Below are positions 56,071-63,525 of a stretch of DNA of 64,000 nt, one piece after another. The notes beneath the pieces are model-generated. The model was not told the DNA's origin, did no database searches, and saw nothing but the letters and a program-made list of their open reading frames with translations. Each line of letters starts with the position of its first letter. Positions within the stretch are counted from its first letter, which is position 1. The stretch is from contig CAJXNT010000003.1 in the NCBI GenBank assembly GCA_913057225.1, forward strand, positions 4,751 to 68,750, in the 5' to 3' direction. Both the position numbers and the translations under genes were made by a program. Source of the DNA: an uncultured Mycoplasmatota bacterium (GTDB lineage Bacteria; Bacillota_I; Bacilli_A; Izemoplasmatales; Izemoplasmataceae).

Positions 56071-57169
56071 TCGTTTTGGCGACGTTCACGACTTGGCCGT
56101 CGGCGTCGACATATTTGGCGCCCCCTTTGGATGTTTCACCCGTTTCACCACGCCCCACGACGTCTTCAAGGCTGACCGTGTCCACGAGGCCCCCGGTGTA
56201 ACGGACCATGACGCCATGATCGTTTTTCATCATCGCTTCCAACGCATGAACGCCAAACCGTAGGCCGATCTCGCGGTCAAATTGTGCGGCGATGCCGCCG
56301 CGTTGAATGTACGAAAGGTTGGTGTAACGCACTTCGTAATCTTGAATGCGTTCGGCAATTTGACGGGAAACGACATCGCCCACGCCGCCCAAGCGGACGT
56401 TGTCGGCGGAATCTTCAATCAATTCGCGGACGTGCACCTCACCGTCTTTGGGTTTCGCCCCTTCAGAGACCACGACGATGGAAAATTCACGGCCCCCTTC
56501 AATGCGATGTTTGATTTTATCCACCACTTTATCGATGTCATAAGGAATTTCTGGAATTAAGATGACATCGGCACTCCCAGCAATGCCGCCTTCTAAAGCG
56601 AGCCAGCCGGTGTGGCGGCCCATCACTTCGACGACGATGATGCGGTCGTGTGAAAAGGCCGTGGTGTGAATTTTATCCAAGGCATCCACGATGTTTTCGA
56701 GGGCGGTGGTGTAGCCAAAGGTCATTTCCGTGGCGGGTAAATCATTGTCGATGGTTTTCGGCACCCCAATCACGGGAACGCCTTTGCGGGCAAAGTCACG
56801 GGCACTGGTTAAGGTGCCATCTCCGCCAATGATGATGAGGCCATCGACGCCTTCTTTTTTCATGTTTTCAATCGCCACATCGGAGACGTCTTGATAGGTC
56901 ACGGTGCCGTTTTCATCTTCCATGCGATAATTAAATAAATTATCTTTATTGGACGCTTTGAGCATCGTGCCCCCCTCGTGCATGATGCCCGAGACCGCTT
57001 TTAAATCCAGCGGAATAAAATCGTTGTGATAAAGGCCATTATATCCCCTCAGATAACCGACCACTTCAAGTCCATAGCTGGTGATGGCTGCTTTGGTGAT
57101 GCCATTGATGACGGCATTCAAGCCACTGCAGTCTCCCCCACCGGTTAAAATCCCTATTTTTTTAATCAT
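56048..57169 (-). CDS. pfk: 6-phosphofructokinase (phosphoryl donor uncertain)
   Basis: GILTGGGDCSGLN, IIIGGDGT, GVPKTIDND, MGRHTGW motifs. Confidence 0.88.
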   Translation of the reverse strand: MIKKIGILTGGGDCSGLNAVINGITKAAITSYGLEVVGYLRGYNGLYHNDFIPLDLKAVSGIMHEGGTMLKASNKDNLFNYRMEDENGTVTYQDVSDVAIENMKKEGVDGLIIIGGDGTLTSARDFARKGVPVIGVPKTIDNDLPATEMTFGYTTALENIVDALDKIHTTAFSHDRIIVVEVMGRHTGWLALEGGIAGSADVILIPEIPYDIDKVVDKIKHRIEGGREFSIVVVSEGAKPKDGEVHVRELIEDSADNVRLGGVGDVVSRQIAERIQDYEVRYTNLSYIQRGGIAAQFDREIGLRFGVHALEAMMKNDHGVMVRYTGGLVDTVSLEDVVGRGETGETSKGGAKYVDADGQVVNVAKTIGIAFGD

Positions 57170-57197
57170 GTCTGCCTCCTAAATTTAAGCCGCGTTC

Positions 57198-57226
57198 ATT
57201 ATATATAATCCCGCGGTGTTCTTCAA
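57198..57226 (-). promoter_or_regulatory. Sigma-A-type promoter of pfk
   Basis: TTGAAG - 17 nt - TATAAT on minus strand, 28 nt upstream of ATG. Confidence 0.6.
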
Positions 57227-57245
57227 GAAAATAAGCGATTTAACC

Positions 57246-57273
57246 GTTTACCGAACGCAATCCTTGGTATACT
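57246..57273 (+). promoter_or_regulatory. Candidate promoter of def (extended -10)
   Basis: GTTTAC - 16 nt - (TGg)TATACT. Confidence 0.45.
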
Positions 57274-57292
57274 AAATTTAGAGGTGATGCGC

Positions 57293-57880
57293 GTGTTAAC
57301 CATGAAAGATATCATCCGGGAAGGCCATCCGTCGTTAGAGACGGTCGCAGACCCTGTTTCATTGCCGCTCGATGCGGCCACCAAAGACACCTTAAAAGCC
57401 ATGCGGGAATTTCTCATCGCCAGTCAAGATGACGAATTGAGAGAACGCTATGAACTGAGAGCGGGCGTCGGCCTTGCCGCCCCCCAAATCGACATTCTCA
57501 AACGGATGTTGGCGATATATTCGGGTGATGAAAAAGATGAAGCGTGGCACGATTACCTCATGGTCAATCCGAAAATCGTCTCCCACTCCGTCAAAGAGAC
57601 CTACATTCCTTCCGGCGAAGGCTGTCTCAGCATCGACCGCGAGGTCGAAGGCGTGGTGCCGAGGTATCACAAAGTCACCGTACATACGCATCTGTATGAC
57701 GCCGAAAAAGATACACTCAAAGAAGCCACACTGAAACTCAGTGGATTCATTGCGGTGGTGTTCCAACACGAACTCGACCATCTCAATGGCATTTTATTCC
57801 CCAAAAAAATCAAACCCGCGCCACCGGGCGCCATTCCCATCACGTTTATCAATCCTAACGAAGAAGAGAGTGCTGCGTAA
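57293..57880 (+). CDS. def: Peptide deformylase
   Basis: GEGCLS and QHELDH motifs; GTG start (MLTMKDIIREGHP..) 8 nt after SD gagg. Confidence 0.9.
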   Translation: MLTMKDIIREGHPSLETVADPVSLPLDAATKDTLKAMREFLIASQDDELRERYELRAGVGLAAPQIDILKRMLAIYSGDEKDEAWHDYLMVNPKIVSHSVKETYIPSGEGCLSIDREVEGVVPRYHKVTVHTHLYDAEKDTLKEATLKLSGFIAVVFQHELDHLNGILFPKKIKPAPPGAIPITFINPNEEESAA

Positions 57881-57881
57881 T

Positions 57882-58529
57882 ATGAAATTATTTATCGATT
57901 CAGCGAATGTCGACCACATTAAAGAAATGAATGATTTAGGCATCTTATCGGGCGTCACCACCAATCCGACCCTAATGGCCAAAGAAGGCAAAGATGTCAA
58001 CCAAACCCTGATTCAAATTGCCGAAATGGTCGATGGCCCGATCAGTGGTGAAGTCATTTCCACAGAGGCCGAAGGGATGATTGAAGAAGGCAAAAAAATT
58101 GCCCAATTGCATCCCAACATGATCGTGAAAATTCCGATGACCGAAGCGGGCATGAAAGCCACCAAAGCGCTCACGGCGCTCGGCATCAAAACCAACGTGA
58201 CGTTGATTTTTTCCTTGCCTCAAGCGCTCCTCGCTTGCACGGCGGGGGCGACTTATATTTCCCCGTTTGTCGGCCGGCTCGATGACATTGGAACCGATGG
58301 CATCGCCCTCATCGAATCGATCCGCGACATGATTGATGTCTACGGATTTGATTCTGAAATCATCAGTGCATCGATTCGCCACACCGAACACATTCAAGCG
58401 TCCATTGAAGCCGGCGCACACATTGCGACCGTGCCGTATGCCGTCTTGAAAAAAGCGTTCAAACACCCGCTCACCGATACGGGGTTAGAAAACTTCTTAA
58501 AAGACTACCAAAAGGTCTACGGTGCATGA
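57882..58529 (+). CDS. tal: Short (type 3B) transaldolase / fructose-6-phosphate aldolase
   Basis: MKLFIDSANVDHIKE..GVTTNPTL.., Schiff-base lysine context ..MIVKIPMT.. Confidence 0.88.
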   Translation: MKLFIDSANVDHIKEMNDLGILSGVTTNPTLMAKEGKDVNQTLIQIAEMVDGPISGEVISTEAEGMIEEGKKIAQLHPNMIVKIPMTEAGMKATKALTALGIKTNVTLIFSLPQALLACTAGATYISPFVGRLDDIGTDGIALIESIRDMIDVYGFDSEIISASIRHTEHIQASIEAGAHIATVPYAVLKKAFKHPLTDTGLENFLKDYQKVYGA

Positions 58530-59005
58530 GTTTTTACGACTTTAAAATGCCGCTCATTAACGGTGAAGAAAAAGCCTTGAGTGACTATCAAGGGCGCGTG
58601 GTCTTAGTGGTCAATACCGCCACCAAATGCGGGCTTGCTGGCCAATTCGAAGGCTTGGAAGCCCTCCATCAAACCTACCAAGAACAAGGCTTAAGTGTGC
58701 TTGGCTTTCCGTCCAATCAATTTAAGAATCAAGAACCCGGCTCCAACGAAGACGTGGCCAAAGCCTGTCAACTCAATTTTGGGGTGACCTTTCCCCTCTT
58801 TGCGAAAATCGATGTCAATGGCGACGCTGAAGCGCCGCTATACACCTATTTAAAGGCGGAAAAAAAAGGCCTTTTGGGCCGCGACATTAAATGGAATTTT
58901 ACGAAATTCTTAATCGGGAAAGATGGCACCGTTCTCAAACGCTTCGCCCCGCAAGTGGCGCCGGAAAAAATGAAACGCGACATTGAAAAAGCCCTCGCCG
59001 CTTAG
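58526..59005 (+). CDS. Glutathione peroxidase-family thiol peroxidase
   Basis: ..VVNTATKCGLAG.. (Cys active site), ..FPSNQF.., ..WNFTKFLI.. Confidence 0.9.
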   Translation: MSFYDFKMPLINGEEKALSDYQGRVVLVVNTATKCGLAGQFEGLEALHQTYQEQGLSVLGFPSNQFKNQEPGSNEDVAKACQLNFGVTFPLFAKIDVNGDAEAPLYTYLKAEKKGLLGRDIKWNFTKFLIGKDGTVLKRFAPQVAPEKMKRDIEKALAA

Positions 59006-60222
59006 GTGTTGGCTCTGAGAATATTTAATGTTTCTAACGCCAAGTGATACGACCGTTTGTATTGCTTGGCGTTTTTAAGTGCGTCCGTGACCATCGGGGA
59101 GATCAACATGATGGAAATGTAATCCCCTGAGGCAAGTGCATGCGTAAAAATCTGATCCAAAGCGTGCGATAATGCCCGCACATCCTTTTGATCCAACCAC
59201 GTGGATAAAGCCTCCATCAAGCCCAAGTGAACGCGGTTATTGATGGGTTCATCCCACTCAGTTTGCGCGTGCAAGTGGGACGCGAGGGCCTCGAGGTCGT
59301 TTAGCTGATAAAGCGCCACCATCTCTAAAAAGTAATTCGTGGATGATTTAAACGGAATCGTTTTGAGCAACTCAAGTCCGGTTTCAAACTCTCCGCGCAT
59401 GAGGTGAAAACGGGCCAAAGTGCCATCGATGAATGCTTCAAGTTGGGCGGGGTTATCATCGGCCACGGGTCGTGCTTTGAGCGCGTGATAATACGGCAAG
59501 ACTTCATCGTAACGATGCGCATGGACCAAGCCAATCAGTTCAAAGGCTTGACAGCGAATGGCGCGTTTGTAATTGGCCACCCCTAAAAAGAGGGTTTCGG
59601 CCTCTTTTAAATAGCGCATCGACGTTTCAATTTTTCCCACTTCATTGATGCCACTGGCCCCAAGTAAAAATAAATTGATCGCTTTGAGGTGTTCATCGTT
59701 GGTCGTTTGAATGCTCTTAAGTCCCGCTTCGAGGCTTCTTGAAAGGTCCCCTTTCAAGAAGTAATAACCGGCTTTTTCCATCCGGTAAAGTTCTGCTTCA
59801 TGGTCGCTCATCCAGGGCAATAAAAGCTGACATTCATGATCGATGGCTTCGATGTCTAACTCCGATGTTTGCGTATGGATGGCATACATGTATTCATACA
59901 CCGTCCATGTCGGCGTGAAATCCGACATCGCGAGCGGCCGTTGACTGAGGGCGGTGTGGAGGCGGGAGGCTTCGTCGTATTCCACATACAAAATGGCATG
60001 AAAAAACTGGCGGAGTTGCGAAGAAATTTCTGAGAAAGTTTCACCGTCAAAAGACGCCACCCCCATGGCGGTCATCGCTTTTTGCTCGGACCGTTTGGAC
60101 GTGGGGTGATGCGTTTCTAGATGCGTGAGCGTTTTTTCCGACATCCCAAAGCGTTCGGCCGTCTCCTTGAGGGAGAGCATGTGACGTTTACGGTAATACG
60201 TAATGAGGGAAGCCAAATCCAT
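59002..60222 (-). CDS. XRE-type HTH + helical-repeat regulator, paralog A (406 aa)
   Basis: HTH ..RKRHMLSLKETAERFGMSEKTLTHLE..; long helical C-terminus ending ..NAKQYKRSYHLALETL..; stop overlaps the gpx stop (convergent). Confidence 0.7.
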   Translation of the reverse strand: MDLASLITYYRKRHMLSLKETAERFGMSEKTLTHLETHHPTSKRSEQKAMTAMGVASFDGETFSEISSQLRQFFHAILYVEYDEASRLHTALSQRPLAMSDFTPTWTVYEYMYAIHTQTSELDIEAIDHECQLLLPWMSDHEAELYRMEKAGYYFLKGDLSRSLEAGLKSIQTTNDEHLKAINLFLLGASGINEVGKIETSMRYLKEAETLFLGVANYKRAIRCQAFELIGLVHAHRYDEVLPYYHALKARPVADDNPAQLEAFIDGTLARFHLMRGEFETGLELLKTIPFKSSTNYFLEMVALYQLNDLEALASHLHAQTEWDEPINNRVHLGLMEALSTWLDQKDVRALSHALDQIFTHALASGDYISIMLISPMVTDALKNAKQYKRSYHLALETLNILRANT

Positions 60223-60295
60223 AAAATACCCCCTGGGGCATATTGTTTTTCATATTTTTAATTTATGATACACTATTTTTGAGTAGGTGATACGT

Positions 60296-60787
60296 ATGCT
60301 AACATTAGTGATGCAAAAGCAAAAAGAACAGAAATTTATCGGCCTCTTTGGCCTTATGTGGGCCTTTATGTACGGCCTCTATCTCTTTTTAGATTACCTA
60401 TGGTATGGATCGTTTCAAGAGATGGGTCAAAGCTTATCGACCAGCCTCATTGTGATCCATCAAATCACCAATTTAGTGGTGGCCTTTGTGGTCACGGTGA
60501 TGCTCTCGTTTTCTCAAATTCAACTGTCTCTGACCAAAACCGAACCCGCGGGGGGCAATGCCATTCCCTTCTTCTCGTTCATCTTTGGGCTCTTAACTTT
60601 TGGCTGTGCGCCTTGTGTGATTACGTTCTTAGGCGCCATCGGTATTGCGTTTACGCCCTTGGTGCTCCCGTTTGGAAACTTGGTCTGGAAATTCATCTTG
60701 CTGGGTCTGATGCTTTTAGGGCTTGGCTTTGTGCTTTACCGGATTCAAAATACCGTCTGCGAAATCAAACCGAAAGCCTCGAAATAG
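60296..60787 (+). CDS. Small 4-TM membrane protein with intramembrane CxxC (GCAPC)
   Basis: Four hydrophobic helices; ..LLTFGCAPCVITFLGAIG.. in helix 3; SD aggtg 6 nt before ATG 60296. Confidence 0.65.
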   Translation: MLTLVMQKQKEQKFIGLFGLMWAFMYGLYLFLDYLWYGSFQEMGQSLSTSLIVIHQITNLVVAFVVTVMLSFSQIQLSLTKTEPAGGNAIPFFSFIFGLLTFGCAPCVITFLGAIGIAFTPLVLPFGNLVWKFILLGLMLLGLGFVLYRIQNTVCEIKPKASK

Positions 60788-60798
60788 AGGCTTTTTTT
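60775..60798 (+). terminator. Intrinsic terminator of the CxxC membrane-protein gene
   Basis: AGCCTC-gaaata-GAGGCT followed by T6; overlaps both convergent stop codons. Confidence 0.6.
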
Positions 60799-62023
60799 AT
60801 GCGTTTAATATCGTCTCAGTGATTGACTCAATCATGTGAACCGCATCTTTATAGCGGCGATGCGTTTCATAGAGTTTCGCCAGTTCATATTGGGCCCGGC
60901 GGGTTTCCCCGTACAACTTTTCTTTTAAGCCTTCATGCAGATAGTGCTTGAGGGCTTTTTCTTGGACTTTTAAGGGCGCATTCTTAGTTTTGGCATTTAA
61001 AAAATCGAGCGCATGCGCAAAGACGCGTGGCATCACATAGGTATTCGGCCGCTTTCTTAACAACCCTTTCAAGGCGTCTTCGTCGCCTTCGAGATAAAGC
61101 ACCATGCAGGCGTTAAAATAATGCTGTGGATGGGTGAGATCAAGTGCATGCAAACAGGCTTTGGCATGATCAAAGTTTTCCAGATGCTGGGCTCTTAATC
61201 CTTCGATCATTAAGACTTCGGCTAAGACATCCTGCAATAAAAAGGTTTGAGCTCGGGCTTTTAAAGCCTCATAATCCACGGTGTCTTGATGAATCTGACG
61301 GCGGTGATAAAGGTCGTATTTAATGTCCGCTTCCGCCCGGCGCTTGTAATTATTAAAATAGCCAAACGTTTCTTTGGCTTTCTGATAATCTTCCAAGGCA
61401 GTTTGACGGGCAAACCGGTGCACTCGAATGTTCGCTTTTTCTAAAAATATCCAGGCTCGATCGTGCGGGTGTTGACTGACGTGGGCGGCTTGATCTAAGC
61501 GGTTTAACGCCGCATTCAAATGCCACGCATGAAACGCCACTTTCGAAAGGCCCATCCAGACTAAAAAATTGAGGGGATGCGACGCCAGACTGCCAATTTC
61601 TTTGACCCAATAGACCGCGTCCAAACTCTCTTGTTTCAGCGCCGGTTCGGCAAAGACATTGAGGACCCACATTAAGAGAGCATATTCCCCCGTGACACTG
61701 GAGCCATGAAAATCCGATGCTTGCCGGGTGAGCTCTTGGTTTACCGTATGAATTTGCTCAGTGTCCGCATTTAAGAGGGCTTGATGGACCGTTTCTAACG
61801 TATCAAACCATGCGGAGATATCGGCGGGCTGAGGCGTCAGTCTCAGGCCATAAATTTCCCCAAGGCGCGTGAGTAAATCCTCAGTCGCGCTTAAATCGCC
61901 CGATTCAACACGGGCCAAATACGTGTGCGACCGATTTACTTTTTGAGCGAGCGTTCTCAAGGAATACTGGAACTTGATGCGCAAATACTTGAGGGTGAGT
62001 CCCATGGAAAATGCGTGTGCCAT
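60797..62023 (-). CDS. XRE-type HTH + helical-repeat regulator, paralog B (408 aa)
   Basis: HTH ..IKFQYSLRTLAQKVNRSHTYLARVESGD..; helical C-terminus ending ..THRRYKDAVHMIESI..; SD gagg 6 nt before the second ATG. Confidence 0.7.
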   Translation of the reverse strand: MAHAFSMGLTLKYLRIKFQYSLRTLAQKVNRSHTYLARVESGDLSATEDLLTRLGEIYGLRLTPQPADISAWFDTLETVHQALLNADTEQIHTVNQELTRQASDFHGSSVTGEYALLMWVLNVFAEPALKQESLDAVYWVKEIGSLASHPLNFLVWMGLSKVAFHAWHLNAALNRLDQAAHVSQHPHDRAWIFLEKANIRVHRFARQTALEDYQKAKETFGYFNNYKRRAEADIKYDLYHRRQIHQDTVDYEALKARAQTFLLQDVLAEVLMIEGLRAQHLENFDHAKACLHALDLTHPQHYFNACMVLYLEGDEDALKGLLRKRPNTYVMPRVFAHALDFLNAKTKNAPLKVQEKALKHYLHEGLKEKLYGETRRAQYELAKLYETHRRYKDAVHMIESITETILNA

Positions 62024-62049
62024 CATTCACCTCGTTGGTTTAAGTATAC

Positions 62050-62074
62050 AAAAAAAGAAGGCTTTATGGCCTCC
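62050..62074. terminator. Terminator-like hairpin just upstream of regulator B
   Basis: Minus strand GGAGGC-cataaa-GCCTTC followed by T7; T5 on plus side. Confidence 0.55.
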
Positions 62075-62111
62075 TTTTTCCTTAAACTCTTATTTCATAA
62101 CCCATGTAAAC

Positions 62112-62143
62112 AAAAAAGGCCACGCACAATACGCGGCCTTTTT
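62112..62143. terminator. Bidirectional terminator downstream of regulator C
   Basis: A6-GGCCACG-cacaata-CGCGGCC-T5 (one internal mismatch). Confidence 0.65.
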
Positions 62144-62158
62144 CAGTGGAATCACACA

Positions 62159-62223
62159 GCCCCTTCCCAAAAACTATGTAATTCTTAAACCTAACTCTAT
62201 TATCACTTGATTTGGGGAAGGGC
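62159..62223. repeat. 13-bp imperfect inverted repeat with 39-nt AT-rich spacer
   Basis: GCCCCTTCCCAAA ... TTTGGGGAAGGGC (11 Watson-Crick pairs, 1 G-T, 1 mismatch). Confidence 0.6.
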
Positions 62224-62277
62224 TCAAGAGGGTAGTGTTAGTTTACATTTCATTAAAAAATGGGTTTAAAGGTTTTT

Positions 62278-63525
62278 TTATTCGTATTTCATGAGTTTTA
62301 AACTTAATTTTTGCAGGCGATACAAGACTTCCGTCTCTTGATGCGTGTGCGCATATTCATTGAGGACATCCATCAAGGTTTGTACCACGTGCAGGTGTTC
62401 AAACTGTTTCGGATCATCAAAGAGACTTTCTACGTTAACGCTTTTGATGTCGGACCCCGGGAATTGTAGCATTAAAATCTGAATCATGGTGCGCTGGGTG
62501 GGGCTTAAATCAGGATCGTTCAGCAAGGCGTCATACAAAGACTTCGCTGCATCGAGCTTCGATGTATGGACCTGCGATTGGGCGAGCAAAATGGTTTGCA
62601 ATAAATTTCGCTCTTCAATCTTATGTAAGATTTGAATGCTTTCATGGAACGCACCTTTACGGTAGGCCACGTAAGCTTTAAAGGCTTGAAGTTCATTCCA
62701 ATAACGGGCGTTGGACTGAACTAAGACATACGATAGATTTTGCAAAATGGATTCGGCATGTTGAAGTTGATTTAACGTGATGTGGCATTGAATGAGGGTG
62801 AAATCAACTTCCACTTTGCGGAATAAATTGGAGTAATACGCATGCAGTTTCGAAGCTTCATTCGCCCTTTCTAAGGCCCCGAGTATGTCAAAATCTCTCA
62901 GCTTCAACTGAGCAATCATCGTCAGGGCCACCGCGTGGGCTCTCGATTCACGGTGGTTGACCAATACTTTTTCAAAAGCTTGAATGGCGCCGGTCACATC
63001 CCCGCCTTTTAATGCCAAATACCCGAGGTTGAGATAGAGTCTTTGTTTTTGTGGGGTGCTGAGGAACGTCTCGTGATGGATGAGGGCTTCAAAGGCTTTA
63101 GAAACCGGCCCATCCTCGTAATGAATTTGCATGAAGGCTTCGATGAGAATTAAATCCACGGTGATGGGAGAATATTTCAATTTTGTGAAATGTTCTTTCA
63201 GACCCGCATACAAATGGGGAATCACGGCATCGTTTTGATCGTACACCGCATAATACAAGGATTGAATATTTTCTTGAACACTTTTTAAATAATCTTCATC
63301 CGTGATAAACGGATGATGCAAGGCCTCATAAAGATACTTTAGAGTTTCCAAATTGGCTTTGGTTTTTTGATTTTCAATGGCGCTGATGAGGGATGCGGCC
63401 ACATTGGACCCACGGGCAAGGCCCCTTAAAGAGTAGCCTTGAAGCGCGCGCTCATAAGAAAGCCACGCGCCCACAATGTAAAGATTATCTGGGTGCGCTA
63501 ATGAGTGATTCTCAAAGTCATTCAT
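62278..63525 (-). CDS. XRE-type HTH + helical-repeat regulator, paralog C (415 aa)
   Basis: HTH ..RALQGYSLRGLARGSNVAASLISAIENQK..; helical remainder; start at 63525 (SD gaggag 6 nt upstream) overlaps the hydrolase stop by 8 nt. Confidence 0.7.
   Translation of the reverse strand: MNDFENHSLAHPDNLYIVGAWLSYERALQGYSLRGLARGSNVAASLISAIENQKTKANLETLKYLYEALHHPFITDEDYLKSVQENIQSLYYAVYDQNDAVIPHLYAGLKEHFTKLKYSPITVDLILIEAFMQIHYEDGPVSKAFEALIHHETFLSTPQKQRLYLNLGYLALKGGDVTGAIQAFEKVLVNHRESRAHAVALTMIAQLKLRDFDILGALERANEASKLHAYYSNLFRKVEVDFTLIQCHITLNQLQHAESILQNLSYVLVQSNARYWNELQAFKAYVAYRKGAFHESIQILHKIEERNLLQTILLAQSQVHTSKLDAAKSLYDALLNDPDLSPTQRTMIQILMLQFPGSDIKSVNVESLFDDPKQFEHLHVVQTLMDVLNEYAHTHQETEVLYRLQKLSLKLMKYE

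Noticed and set aside
59002-59005. 4-nt overlap of the convergent gpx and regulator A stop codons as a regulatory antisense arrangement
   Set aside because: It is a simple overlap of TAG and TAA on opposite strands. It is consistent with the general compaction of this genome, and no associated structure is visible.
60358-60822. 154-aa alternative-frame ORF overlapping the CxxC membrane-protein gene
   Set aside because: It has no SD and a Trp/Arg/Cys-rich non-protein-like composition. The other frame gives a clean 4-TM profile and runs into a terminator.
62159-62223. Inverted repeat as a miniature mobile element (MITE)
   Set aside because: There are no flanking direct repeats, no second copy in the window, and the arms are only 13 bp. 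A regulatory or RNA role is equally or more likely.
62082-62253. Two mini-ORFs downstream of regulator C as candidate signalling peptides: MKCKLTLPS at 62224-62253 and MGYEIRV at 62082-62105, both minus strand
   Set aside because: Neither has a Shine-Dalgarno sequence, and both are shorter than known RRNPP/Rgg pro-peptides. One overlaps an arm of the inverted repeat and the other lies between two terminators. They are kept only as something to test by ribosome profiling.
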